Source: Candidatus Aenigmatarchaeota archaeon
GTDB lineage: Archaea; Aenigmatarchaeota; Aenigmatarchaeia; QMZS01
Assembly (NCBI GenBank): GCA_023134135.1
Contig: JAGLVB010000003.1
Span: 98,218-162,217 of the forward strand
Direction: 5' to 3'
Length of the DNA stretch: 64,000 bases
Below the pieces are notes generated by a model. It did not search any database and was not told the DNA's origin. It worked only from the letters and a program-made list of their open reading frames with translations. A program made the translations under genes and the position numbers. Of the stretch, positions 35,720-44,880 are shown one piece after another. Numbering within the stretch: the first letter of the stretch is position 1; each line of letters starts with the position of its first letter.

Positions 35720-37156
35720 TTATCCCTTAACAACCCCCATAGGAACAACCCTTACAACTTTCTTGGAAATTCCCGCCAGGTCAACGGATTTTATCACTTC
35801 ATCAATATCTTTGTAAGCGTTCGGGGATTCCTCCGCGAGAACTTTGGGGGATGTTGCTTTTGCGATAATTCCTTCTTTCATCAAGTCTTCTTTTACTGTG
35901 TTTCCCCGGAAATTTCTTATTGCTTTCCCCCGGCTCATCACTCTCCCGGCTCCGTGACAACTTGAGTAAAAAGTATCCTTTGCGTTTTCGCCCCCAACTA
36001 AAATATAACTTGCAGTTCCCATTGAGCCCGCAATTAATACAGGCTGACCAACTTTCATATAGGTTTTGGGAAGCAGTTCATGTCCCGCAGGAAGACTTCT
36101 TGTTGCTCCTTTCCTGTGAACATACAATTTTCTTTTCTCCCCATTGACTTCATGTTCTTCAAGTTTGCAGATATTGTGGCACACATCATACATTAATTTC
36201 ATATCAAGTTCATCTCTCGTTCTCCCGAAAATTCTTTCAAAGCTTTCTCTTACCCAGTCTGTCATCACAGTCCTGTTGCAGAAAGCATAATTGACCGCTC
36301 CTTTCATTGCCTCAAAGTAATCCTGACCTTCCTGCGAGTTTGTCGGGGCGCATACTAACTGAGGGTCGGGAAGTTTAATATTGTATTTCTTTGATGCTGC
36401 TTCATGAATTTTTAAGTAGTCTGTGGCAATCTGGTGCCCAAGACCTCTTGAACCGCAATGGAGCATTATTACCACCTGATCTTTTTTAGTTATCCCAAAA
36501 ACTTCAGCAGTCTTTGAATCAAAAATATCATCAACTTTCTGGATTTCAAGGAAGTGATTTCCTGAACCTAAAGTTCCTAATTGTGGAAGACCTCTTTTCT
36601 TTGCCAGTTCGGAAATTTTATCTGTGTTTGCTCCTTTGATGCAACCATATTCTTCCATGTGCTCCAAATCTTCTTTTTCAGCGTAATTGTTTTTAAGAGC
36701 CCATTTTGCCCCGTTGTTTAAAACCTCTTCAAGTTCATCATTGGAAATTCTTAATTTTCCTTTTGACCCAACTCCGGTTGGAACATTTTTAAACAAAAGG
36801 TCGATTAATTCTCTTAATTTTGGTTTTACTTCATTATAAGTCAGATTTGTTTTAATCACCCTGATTCCGCAGTTTATGTCAAAACCTGTGCATCCGCAGG
36901 AGATTATCCCTTCTTCTGAATCAAATGCCCCCACAGCGCCCATTGGCAATCCATAACCCCAGTGAATATCAGGCATCCCGCACACAGGTTCAACAACTCC
37001 GGGGAGACAGGCAACATTTGTGAGCTGTTTAATTGCTTCATCTTCAATCTGATTCCTGACTTTCTCAGTAGCGATTATTTTCGCATTTACTCTCATCCCT
37101 TCTCTTTCTTCTTTTGAAATTGAGTATTCAAATTCAGAGACTTTCTTGACTTTCAT
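35720..37156 (-). CDS. rtcB: RNA-splicing ligase RtcB
   Basis: GSGNHFLEIQ, HCGSRGLGHQ and SSCHGAGR motifs; 478 aa. Confidence 0.92.
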   Translation of the reverse strand: MKVKKVSEFEYSISKEEREGMRVNAKIIATEKVRNQIEDEAIKQLTNVACLPGVVEPVCGMPDIHWGYGLPMGAVGAFDSEEGIISCGCTGFDINCGIRVIKTNLTYNEVKPKLRELIDLLFKNVPTGVGSKGKLRISNDELEEVLNNGAKWALKNNYAEKEDLEHMEEYGCIKGANTDKISELAKKRGLPQLGTLGSGNHFLEIQKVDDIFDSKTAEVFGITKKDQVVIMLHCGSRGLGHQIATDYLKIHEAASKKYNIKLPDPQLVCAPTNSQEGQDYFEAMKGAVNYAFCNRTVMTDWVRESFERIFGRTRDELDMKLMYDVCHNICKLEEHEVNGEKRKLYVHRKGATRSLPAGHELLPKTYMKVGQPVLIAGSMGTASYILVGGENAKDTFYSSCHGAGRVMSRGKAIRNFRGNTVKEDLMKEGIIAKATSPKVLAEESPNAYKDIDEVIKSVDLAGISKKVVRVVPMGVVKG

Positions 37157-37219
37157 AAGAGATAATGTTTTAAAATATTAGTCAATTATTTGTATTAATA
37201 TATATCCGTATATTTAGTT

Positions 37220-37780
37220 ATGGCATATGATTGTGGATTTATAGCAAGTCCGAGCGTATGCAGAATATTATACGAATTCGCGTTTCCATGGATATTCTGT
37301 TTCGCAATATTTTTCGGTTTGCTATTAAGAGCAAAGATATTCGGAGTGGACGAAAACGGAGCAGCAACAAGGACAGCGAGAGGAGTAGCAGGAATAATCG
37401 GTCTTGTGGCAGGATTTTTAATAGTAATGTCATTTGGACCAGCAATGGGAGCTTTCATATCAGGAATCACAGGAACAACTGTGATGTACTTGACAGTAAT
37501 AATGGGTTTGATATTAATAATTACAATAGTAAAACCTGACTGGATAATTGGCACTGGAGAAGAAAAAGATGGCAAAAAAGATACAGGATTTAGTGGATGG
37601 CGAGCATGGGCATTAATAATAGGTCTTGTAATATTAGCCTGGCTAATTATCAATGGATATGTTGGTGGAATAAACTGGTTCTATTTTGGATTTACACAGG
37701 ATTTAATTGCTTTGATAATAATTTTCATAGTAATTGGAGCAATAATGTGGTTCATCAATTCCACTGAGAAAAACGAATAA
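37220..37780 (+). CDS. Polytopic membrane protein, tandem paralog 1
   Basis: MAYDCGFIASPSVCRILYEFAFPWIFCFAIFFGLLLRAKIFG... with several TM segments. Confidence 0.55.
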   Translation: MAYDCGFIASPSVCRILYEFAFPWIFCFAIFFGLLLRAKIFGVDENGAATRTARGVAGIIGLVAGFLIVMSFGPAMGAFISGITGTTVMYLTVIMGLILIITIVKPDWIIGTGEEKDGKKDTGFSGWRAWALIIGLVILAWLIINGYVGGINWFYFGFTQDLIALIIIFIVIGAIMWFINSTEKNE

Positions 37781-37874
37781 TTTATTTTTTTATTATAATT
37801 TTTTTAGTAAAGTGGTCTTGCTGAGGATTAAAAAGAGATTATGGGATGTTATAAATACTAAAACTATTTAAATT

Positions 37875-38420
37875 ATGGTATATGATTGTGGATTTATAGC
37901 AAGTCCGAGCGTATGCAGAATATTATACGAATTCGCGTTTCCATGGATATTCTGTTTCGCAATATTTTTCGGTTTGCTATTAAGAGCAAAGATATTCGGA
38001 CCAAGTGAAGATAAAACAGCAAGAGGTGTTTCAGGGATAATAGGGCTGGTAGCAGGATTTTTAATAGTGATGGCATATGGATCAACAATGGGAGCTTTTT
38101 TGGCAGGAATCACAGCAGGAACTGTAATGTATTTAACCGTAATAATGGGTTTAATCTTAGTAATTACAATAGTAAAGCCTGAATGGATAGAAAAATTTGA
38201 AGGAAAGTCTGCATGGGCATTAATAATAGGTCTTGTAGTAATCACATGGATGATTATCAACGGAGTTGTAGGCGGAATGAACTGGTTCTATTTTGGACTC
38301 ACGCAGGACTTAATTGCTTTGATAATAATCTTCATAGTGATTGGAGCGATGATGTGGTTCATTAACAATACTGAAACTAAACCCACCCCACCAGCAGGAA
38401 AAAAACAAGGTGAAGTCTAA
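37875..38420 (+). CDS. Polytopic membrane protein, tandem paralog 2
   Basis: MVYDCGFIASPSVCRILYEFAFPW... A 121-nt tract is identical to paralog 1 (37225-37345 = 37880-38000). Confidence 0.55.
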   Translation: MVYDCGFIASPSVCRILYEFAFPWIFCFAIFFGLLLRAKIFGPSEDKTARGVSGIIGLVAGFLIVMAYGSTMGAFLAGITAGTVMYLTVIMGLILVITIVKPEWIEKFEGKSAWALIIGLVVITWMIINGVVGGMNWFYFGLTQDLIALIIIFIVIGAMMWFINNTETKPTPPAGKKQGEV

Positions 38421-38736
38421 TAAATTATTTTTAATTTTTCTTAATTATAATTTTTGCAGAGAGATTGCCGGATTTTTTCTGAAACTAGCGAGTATTGAAA
38501 TTTAACTATTTTTGGATAAAAGTTATTAAATAATTTTTGGTGATTGGGTACTTTTCGGAATAAATTGACGAAATATCTCAACAAGCAATGGATAAAGATC
38601 CTCGTTTTTATGATTAAATCTAAACTCTATTTCTTTAACATAAGGGAGATAATTTGTTTTCTTGCTTCCTATATTATTTTATTGATTAAATAATTAAACC
38701 TTATATTTTCACAGTTCAGGTATAATTATAGAGCAG

Positions 38737-39093
38737 ATGATAAAGAATATTAAACTCAGGGCGGGAAATTGTAAATTTAAGGCATTGCACCTTAAAAACC
38801 CCTTTGAACTGATGTTGGGGCTTATGTTCAGGAAAAGAGGGAACGCTCTCATAGAATTTCCCTGGGAAGGAAAACCCGGGATATGGATGCTGTTTATGAG
38901 ATATTCTTTAAACCTTGTATTTTTGGACAAAAACCTGAGAGTGATTGATATCCTGAAAAATATTCCCCCTCTTTTTTTTAGCCCAAAAACATGGAAAACC
39001 TATTACCCAAAAAATAAGTACAAATACGTTCTTGAACTAGATGTAAGGGAGAAAATTGAAATAAAGCAAAACTCCAGACTGGAATTTATCTAA
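38737..39093 (+). CDS. DUF192 domain protein
   Basis: ELMLGLMFRK...IWMLFMRYSLNLVFLD fits the DUF192 GLM-x-R ... M pattern. Confidence 0.55.
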   Translation: MIKNIKLRAGNCKFKALHLKNPFELMLGLMFRKRGNALIEFPWEGKPGIWMLFMRYSLNLVFLDKNLRVIDILKNIPPLFFSPKTWKTYYPKNKYKYVLELDVREKIEIKQNSRLEFI

Positions 39094-39578
39094 AACGGCA
39101 ATTCTTTCCATTTATATTGCTTCGTGAAAATAAATGTCTGCCAGTCTTTGATTATCTTTGAAAATTTTGTCTTAATTTCGTGCGAAAGAGAATCAAATTC
39201 TTCTGTATTTTTTGTCCAGAAACCTATTTTCAGGTCATAGTTTCCTGTAATTTTTTCCACGGAAGTTATGTTTTTATGTTCAATCAAATAATCCAAAAAT
39301 TCCCCCCATTCTCTTTCTGAATAATTCCACAGAGAAACCATAATCACCGCGCAAATATTATAACCTAATTTTTTCTTATTTATTCTTACAATAAATTTTT
39401 CAATAATTCCCGCTTTTGTTAATTTATTCAGTTTGTACCTGACGGTTTCATGAGATAGTTTTACTCTGTCAGCCAGTTCGGTAATGGGAATCCTCCCTTT
39501 TTCCTCTAAAATTTTGATTATTTCTATATCTTTGTTATTAATTTTTGGCATTTCAAGGTTTTTTTGCAGTTTTCTCAT
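39090..39578 (-). CDS. Lrp/AsnC-family transcriptional regulator
   Basis: N-terminal HTH (IPITELADRVKLSHETVRYKLNKLTKAGII) plus a RAM-like C-terminal domain. Confidence 0.75.
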   Translation of the reverse strand: MRKLQKNLEMPKINNKDIEIIKILEEKGRIPITELADRVKLSHETVRYKLNKLTKAGIIEKFIVRINKKKLGYNICAVIMVSLWNYSEREWGEFLDYLIEHKNITSVEKITGNYDLKIGFWTKNTEEFDSLSHEIKTKFSKIIKDWQTFIFTKQYKWKELPF

Positions 39579-39633
39579 AATATTTATTAATATTTAAGAG
39601 ATACTTATTTGAGTTTGGTAATTATATGATAAT

Positions 39634-39900
39634 ATGGATAGTGAAAGAAGTAAGTTGGAAGAGATATACCAGATAAAGGAAATATATTATAGCAGCATGG
39701 ATGGGTACACCCCGCCAACAGAAAAAATTCTGGAAACCTGCACAAATAAGACAAAAGCGGACGATTATTTGCAGAAATTAATAGATGAAAATGAAGCTAA
39801 AAAAGAAGCCTTGGAAGAAGCAGGATTGAAAGGATATTATAACAAGTTTGAGAATTATCAATATCGTATGGATATTATAAAGGTTAATCATGATGATTAA
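39634..39900 (+). CDS. Hypothetical protein
   Basis: 88-aa ORF. Confidence 0.35.
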   Translation: MDSERSKLEEIYQIKEIYYSSMDGYTPPTEKILETCTNKTKADDYLQKLIDENEAKKEALEEAGLKGYYNKFENYQYRMDIIKVNHDD

Positions 39901-40234
39901 AAAGATTAGTAAATCTGAGGTAAAACCAATTGAAAGCAGTTGCGGACTATTGAGAGAATTATATAAATCCAAAGATTTAAGTATTTCTCACAACATTGTT
40001 TCAGAAAAACCCAGAAAACATCTCCACAAAAAAATGGAGGAAATCTATTACATAGAAAAAGGCAGGGGAAAGGCAGAAATTGATGGGGAGTTGATTGATG
40101 TTAAAAAAGGAGATATTGTATTAATTCCAAAGAATACTTGGCATTGCTTAAAGAAAATCGGAAGAGAACCTTTAGAAGTATTGGTAATTAATAGTCCAAA
40201 ATATAACCCAATAGATGTTATTCTGGAAGAATAA
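39890..40234 (+). CDS. Cupin-domain protein
   Basis: PRKHLHKKMEEIYYIEKGRGKAEIDGE...GDIVLIPKNTWH contains the two cupin motifs. Confidence 0.65.
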   Translation: MMIKKISKSEVKPIESSCGLLRELYKSKDLSISHNIVSEKPRKHLHKKMEEIYYIEKGRGKAEIDGELIDVKKGDIVLIPKNTWHCLKKIGREPLEVLVINSPKYNPIDVILEE

Positions 40235-40243
40235 ATCTTAAAT

Positions 40244-40522
40244 TTATCTCCTCGTAATTTTAATTTCCTTCTTTTTTGTCAGTGTTTTCAACAAATCTTT
40301 TAATTTATCTTCAGGAAGGGGTTCTGTGAGTTGTCCCTGTTGCTGAACCTGAATTAAATAAAGTTCAACCTGTTCCGCAAGTTGAGGGTTTGCAATTCTC
40401 ACATTGGCTAATCTTTCTCTTGCCTCTTTTGTTAAACATTCACCAAGGAGTTTTCTTTTCATCTCCTCGACCATTTTTAATTGTTCCTGTTGCATTTTCA
40501 TTTGGTCTAATTGCGCTACCAT
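40244..40522 (-). CDS. PDCD5/TFAR19-like DNA-binding protein
   Basis: LTKEARERLANVRIANPQLAEQVELYLIQVQQQGQL is typical of the archaeal PDCD5 family. Confidence 0.7.
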   Translation of the reverse strand: MVAQLDQMKMQQEQLKMVEEMKRKLLGECLTKEARERLANVRIANPQLAEQVELYLIQVQQQGQLTEPLPEDKLKDLLKTLTKKKEIKITRR

Positions 40523-40630
40523 AAATTATTAGATAAATTAAAAAGAGAATAATTGAGATTTATGCAAATTCTTCTACCACCCTCGGTGGTAGAGTGAGTA
40601 TAATAACTATTATTGAGTAAATATATTTAG

Positions 40631-41158
40631 GTGATGAAAATGATAAATGAGTATGAACCAACAAAAAAAGAGATATATAGTGAAATATATAGAGGTATGA
40701 AGAGATATACTAAAAACAAGATTGAGACTATATGCGATGATACCAAAAATAAGTTTGGGACTGTATATAATAAACTCGAAAATGTTGGTATCCCATATCT
40801 TGCTGGTGCGTTAAGCGTGCCAATAACCGGTTGCATATTTCCTTCTTTTATAAAACATGTATATATTGACAGAAACACACAGGAAGGTATTGATGAAGAA
40901 TTAAATCTCTATGAAAAAATAGGTGTTTGTGGTGGTTTGATAACAGGAACAGGTATTACTATTCTCGGTATTGATTTAGCAATGGAATATCCAGAACTTT
41001 TTTTAATTCCATTAACAACAAATATAATTTCCGGTGCTTATGAGTTTAATGAAAAATACCAGAAAATCAAACAGAATTTAATCGAGCAACATGAACCACA
41101 AGAAGTTTCAGATAAGGAACTTGCCAAGTATGGAGGAATAGCAGGTGATGAAAAATGA
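40631..41158 (+). CDS. Hypothetical membrane-associated protein
   Basis: 175-aa ORF with two hydrophobic segments. Confidence 0.4.
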   Translation: MMKMINEYEPTKKEIYSEIYRGMKRYTKNKIETICDDTKNKFGTVYNKLENVGIPYLAGALSVPITGCIFPSFIKHVYIDRNTQEGIDEELNLYEKIGVCGGLITGTGITILGIDLAMEYPELFLIPLTTNIISGAYEFNEKYQKIKQNLIEQHEPQEVSDKELAKYGGIAGDEK

Positions 41159-41481
41159 TAGGAGATAAAAGGTACGAAGAATTAAGAGAAGAATTAGAAG
41201 ATATTGTTGACCAGATTAAAATAGGTGATGGCATTCTAGTTGAACACCTTGAACAAATTGCAGATAGACAGTATACTGGAAATGAATATCACCCCATTTT
41301 CGGTAAATTTAGAGGGGAATTGGATTTCTATGAATTTTCACTCCATGTATTTGATAAGCAAGTGAATCAGGTTGAGGCAGTTTTAGATAAAGCAGAACTC
41401 AAACCTGTTGAGATAATGTACTTAAATGAAAAAATTGTTGAATATAGAAAAATTATCCAAGATAAAATCTATAAAGATTAA
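41155..41481 (+). CDS. Hypothetical protein (translationally coupled to the upstream ORF, ATGA overlap)
   Basis: 108-aa ORF. Confidence 0.4.
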   Translation: MIGDKRYEELREELEDIVDQIKIGDGILVEHLEQIADRQYTGNEYHPIFGKFRGELDFYEFSLHVFDKQVNQVEAVLDKAELKPVEIMYLNEKIVEYRKIIQDKIYKD

Positions 41482-41505
41482 ACTATCAAAATAATAATTT
41501 TTACC

Positions 41506-42234
41506 TCAAACACATTTACTTTTTTTCCACCAGTAATTAAATTGCCCTGAGACGAATTGTATAAGTTCAGGATGTTTTATAAAAATAATTGCAACATCTT
41601 CAACATAACCTGCTGTTGAGATTAAGCCTAATTTATTATCAACCACACCAGCCCTGAATGGTTCAAAATCTTTTTGTGAAATCAATCGCACTTCAGTGCC
41701 TGCATTCTTTAACATTTCCGCGTTTCTTTTCATTTTGTCGCTTACAATAAACCGTATTTTTACCCCGCGTTTTATTGCCTGTTTAATTGCAGGTCTTTTT
41801 TTAGACATTGCTATGCCTTCAAAAGCAAACCCGTCAACAAATTTCTCAGAATTTTCAATACAGTTTTCCAATGCTTTAATGCATTCTTTTTTGCCTTTAA
41901 CGAGCCAAAGGTCAAGTTCTTTTTTTGGTTTGATAGGTTTAAATTTTTTACTTAATTTCTCAAGTTCATTTGCTTCATTTAATTTTTCATTAGATAAATT
42001 TTTTAGAACCTGCTGAATTGATACAGCAAGATATCTTTTTGGTTTTCCCGGCTCTATTTTAACAAATCCTTTTCTTATAAGTGAATCCAAAACTTCATAT
42101 ATCTTTGAAGAAGGAACTTTTGATAATTTTGAGATTTTTACAGCAGTTAGAATATCATAACAGCAAAGAGCAGAATATGTTTTGATTTCATATTTGTTCA
42201 AACCAATCTTTTGCAAAACTTCATTTAATTCCAT
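41506..42234 (-). CDS. TrmB-family transcriptional regulator
   Basis: N-terminal LNKYEIKTYSALCCYDILTAVKISKLSKVPSSKIYEVLDSLIRKGFV wHTH. Confidence 0.7.
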   Translation of the reverse strand: MELNEVLQKIGLNKYEIKTYSALCCYDILTAVKISKLSKVPSSKIYEVLDSLIRKGFVKIEPGKPKRYLAVSIQQVLKNLSNEKLNEANELEKLSKKFKPIKPKKELDLWLVKGKKECIKALENCIENSEKFVDGFAFEGIAMSKKRPAIKQAIKRGVKIRFIVSDKMKRNAEMLKNAGTEVRLISQKDFEPFRAGVVDNKLGLISTAGYVEDVAIIFIKHPELIQFVSGQFNYWWKKSKCV

Positions 42235-42333
42235 AAATATATAAACAAAAAGGAACCTAAAGTTTTTGAAATACTTATTTTAAATTTAAGTTGACAGGAA
42301 CTGCTTGTATAAATATTTATTACAAATTTAATA

Positions 42334-42516
42334 ATGTTTAAATTAGATAAAGATAAATGTTTAAGATGTGGAGGCTGTGTGGGAATCTGCCCTGTTGATG
42401 CTCTTGAATTAACAGAAACAGGAATTGTCTGCAATGAAGAAAAATGCATTAAATGCAGGAATTGCGAATCTTTTTGCCCTATTGGGGCTATAAAAATCAA
42501 GAAAGAGGAAAAATAA
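42334..42516 (+). CDS. 2x[4Fe-4S] ferredoxin
   Basis: CLRCGGCVGICP and CIKCRNCESFCP. Confidence 0.85.
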   Translation: MFKLDKDKCLRCGGCVGICPVDALELTETGIVCNEEKCIKCRNCESFCPIGAIKIKKEEK

Positions 42517-42521
42517 GTTTA

Positions 42522-43130
42522 TTATTGAATTCTGACTTGTTCATAAGGTATTCCTTCTTCCCGCAACTTATCAAAATATTCATTTGCATAATTGATGTTT
42601 TCGTCAGATGGTTTTTTAGTCCAGGCAATACCGTAGGTACGACTGTGGAGATAATTAATATTTTCTTCAGAGAGTTTTTTAGTCCGAATAATACGTTTAG
42701 CACGAGCATAATTTGAATTAATGTCATGTTCTGATTCAAACAAGATATAAGTATCTGAATCATAATTAAAAACAGGGTTGATTGTATATAGAGCTTTTTC
42801 TATTTTCCCCCGAAGATTTGAAGGTGCCAGATCTCTTTTATTTGGTGGTGTGTACATTGAAAGGTGCGCTATTGGAGGTTCTTCCAATATAGATATTTTT
42901 GCTCCTCTATTATATAATTCTTCCAAACCCTTTTTGTATTTTTCCTGCTGGGGCATTCCTCCAAACAGATAAATTTCCACATTTCCTTCCTCTAACAATT
43001 CCGTTAGTTTTTTATAGAATTTACCCTCTGGGTTCCAAGCTCTATATTCAAAGGACTGGCTCATTATATTGAATTTTGAACCTTCTCTGGCGTTCTCAAA
43101 AAAATGCAACATAGTTTCAGCTAAACCCAT
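42522..43130 (-). CDS. Hypothetical protein, paralog 1 (internal TKK-x-S-x-ENINY duplication)
   Basis: Shares ...EGS-F-I-S..F...W.....FYKK-TELLE......GGMP....Y...LE-LY-RGAKISIL--PP... and the C-terminal ...RIQ with 43203..43661. Confidence 0.45.
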   Translation of the reverse strand: MGLAETMLHFFENAREGSKFNIMSQSFEYRAWNPEGKFYKKLTELLEEGNVEIYLFGGMPQQEKYKKGLEELYNRGAKISILEEPPIAHLSMYTPPNKRDLAPSNLRGKIEKALYTINPVFNYDSDTYILFESEHDINSNYARAKRIIRTKKLSEENINYLHSRTYGIAWTKKPSDENINYANEYFDKLREEGIPYEQVRIQ

Positions 43131-43202
43131 AAATTAAATTGTTAAGTTTAAGTAAGTTATATTATTACAAAATAATTGTTTATAAGAAAATTTAGAAGGG
43201 TT

Positions 43203-43661
43203 TTATTCCTGAATTCTGACCATTTCATAAGGTCTTCCTTTTTCCCAGAGCTTGTCAAATTTATCATTTGCAATTATTATATTGAAATTATCTGGGTTGT
43301 AATTGAAAAATCTCCCTTTTGCTGCATCACTTTTATGTTTCTCTTCAACATATATAAAATCATTATATTTTGGAGAATTATATATAAAATGATGTTGGGT
43401 TGGCGGTTTTTTCAATATAGATATTTTTGCCCCTCTTTTATATAAATTTTCAAGATTGGCAATATATGGTTCTTTTAAAGGCATACCCCCTAAAAGTATG
43501 AAGTCCGCAGTTTCATTTTCCAGCAATTCAGTAATTTTTTTATAAAATTCACTTTTTTCATCCCATAAATTATGTCCAAACCTGTAACTTATTATCTTGA
43601 ATTCTGAGCCTTCTTCAGCTCTTTCAAGAACAGGCAATAAATAGTCTATGATTTTCTTCAT
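43203..43661 (-). CDS. Hypothetical protein, paralog 2
   Basis: See paralog 1. The 3' ends are also similar at the DNA level. Confidence 0.45.
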   Translation of the reverse strand: MKKIIDYLLPVLERAEEGSEFKIISYRFGHNLWDEKSEFYKKITELLENETADFILLGGMPLKEPYIANLENLYKRGAKISILKKPPTQHHFIYNSPKYNDFIYVEEKHKSDAAKGRFFNYNPDNFNIIIANDKFDKLWEKGRPYEMVRIQE

Positions 43662-43689
43662 AATATAAATTTCAAAAAGTTTAAGTGTT

Positions 43690-44865
43690 ATGAGGGATGT
43701 GATTATAGTGGGGGCTGGACCAGGAGGTTCTGCAACAGCAAAACATCTGGCTGAGAAAGGCTATAATGTTGCGCTTTATGAAAAGAGGCAGGAGATAGGC
43801 GCCCCCAAGAGATGCGCCGAAGGTTTTTCTTTAACCGGTATAAAAGAATTTAATCTAAATCCGCCTGAAAATTGCATAAGGCAGAAAATAAATGGTTCGA
43901 GGGTCTATACTCCAAACGGTAATTTTGTTGAGGTTGATTATGAAGTTGATGGAGGTTGTATTTTGGAAAGGAAGGTTTTCGATAAATGGCTTGCTGAGGA
44001 AGCAGTAAGGAAAGGGGCAAAGGTTCAGGCAAAAACAACTATTACAGGTTTATTAAAGGAAAACGGGAAAGTGGTTGGAGTTAAAGGAGAATTTGTTGGC
44101 GAAAAATTTGAAGAAAGGTGCAAGGTATTGATTGCTTCAGATGGAATTGAAAGCAAGATTTCAAGAATGGCCGGTCTGAATACAACCTGCAGTCCAAAAC
44201 TTGTGGACTCAGGGGTTCAGTTTGAAATGGCGGGGATAGATATAGAAGACCCAAAGAAGATATATTTATATCTTGGAAATAAAATTGCGCCAAGAGGATA
44301 TTGCTGGGTTTTTCCAAAAGGGAAAGATGTTGCAAATGTCGGGATAGGCATTCTTGGGAAACATGATATTCCAGCAATTAAATATCTTGAAAGATTTGTT
44401 GAGAGCAGGGAAGAATTAAAAAAAGGTTCTATTCTTGAAGTGAATTCAGGGGGGATTCCTGTTGGGGGTTTACTGCAGAAAATGTGTTTGGATAATTTTC
44501 TTGTTGTTGGCGATGCCGCCCATCAGGTAAATCCAATTCATGGCGGAGGTATATATGAAGCTCAGTTTGCAGGAAGAATTGCAGCGGAAGTGGTTGATGA
44601 AGCGCTTAAGAAGGCAGATACTTCTGAAAAACAATTAGACAAATATAATAAAGAATGGTGGGAGAAGAGAGGAAATTATTTGAGGGAGGTTGAACTGCTA
44701 AGGGAAGTTTTTGAAAAACTTTCAGACGAGGATTTCAATTTTCTTTCCAAGAATCTTAAAGGAGAAAATTTGGTGGATTTTTGCGGTGGTAATAATCTGA
44801 TGATTCTTGGGAAATTGTTGATGAAGAGACCTCATTTGATAAAGTTTGCAAAAGCTTTGTTTTAA
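43690..44865 (+). CDS. Geranylgeranyl reductase family (digeranylgeranylglycerophospholipid reductase)
   Basis: VIIVGAGPGGSATAKHLAEKG (FAD GxGxxG), RCAEG and GDAAHQVNPIHGGGI. Confidence 0.85.
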   Translation: MRDVIIVGAGPGGSATAKHLAEKGYNVALYEKRQEIGAPKRCAEGFSLTGIKEFNLNPPENCIRQKINGSRVYTPNGNFVEVDYEVDGGCILERKVFDKWLAEEAVRKGAKVQAKTTITGLLKENGKVVGVKGEFVGEKFEERCKVLIASDGIESKISRMAGLNTTCSPKLVDSGVQFEMAGIDIEDPKKIYLYLGNKIAPRGYCWVFPKGKDVANVGIGILGKHDIPAIKYLERFVESREELKKGSILEVNSGGIPVGGLLQKMCLDNFLVVGDAAHQVNPIHGGGIYEAQFAGRIAAEVVDEALKKADTSEKQLDKYNKEWWEKRGNYLREVELLREVFEKLSDEDFNFLSKNLKGENLVDFCGGNNLMILGKLLMKRPHLIKFAKALF

Positions 44866-44880
44866 AATTATAATTTAAAT

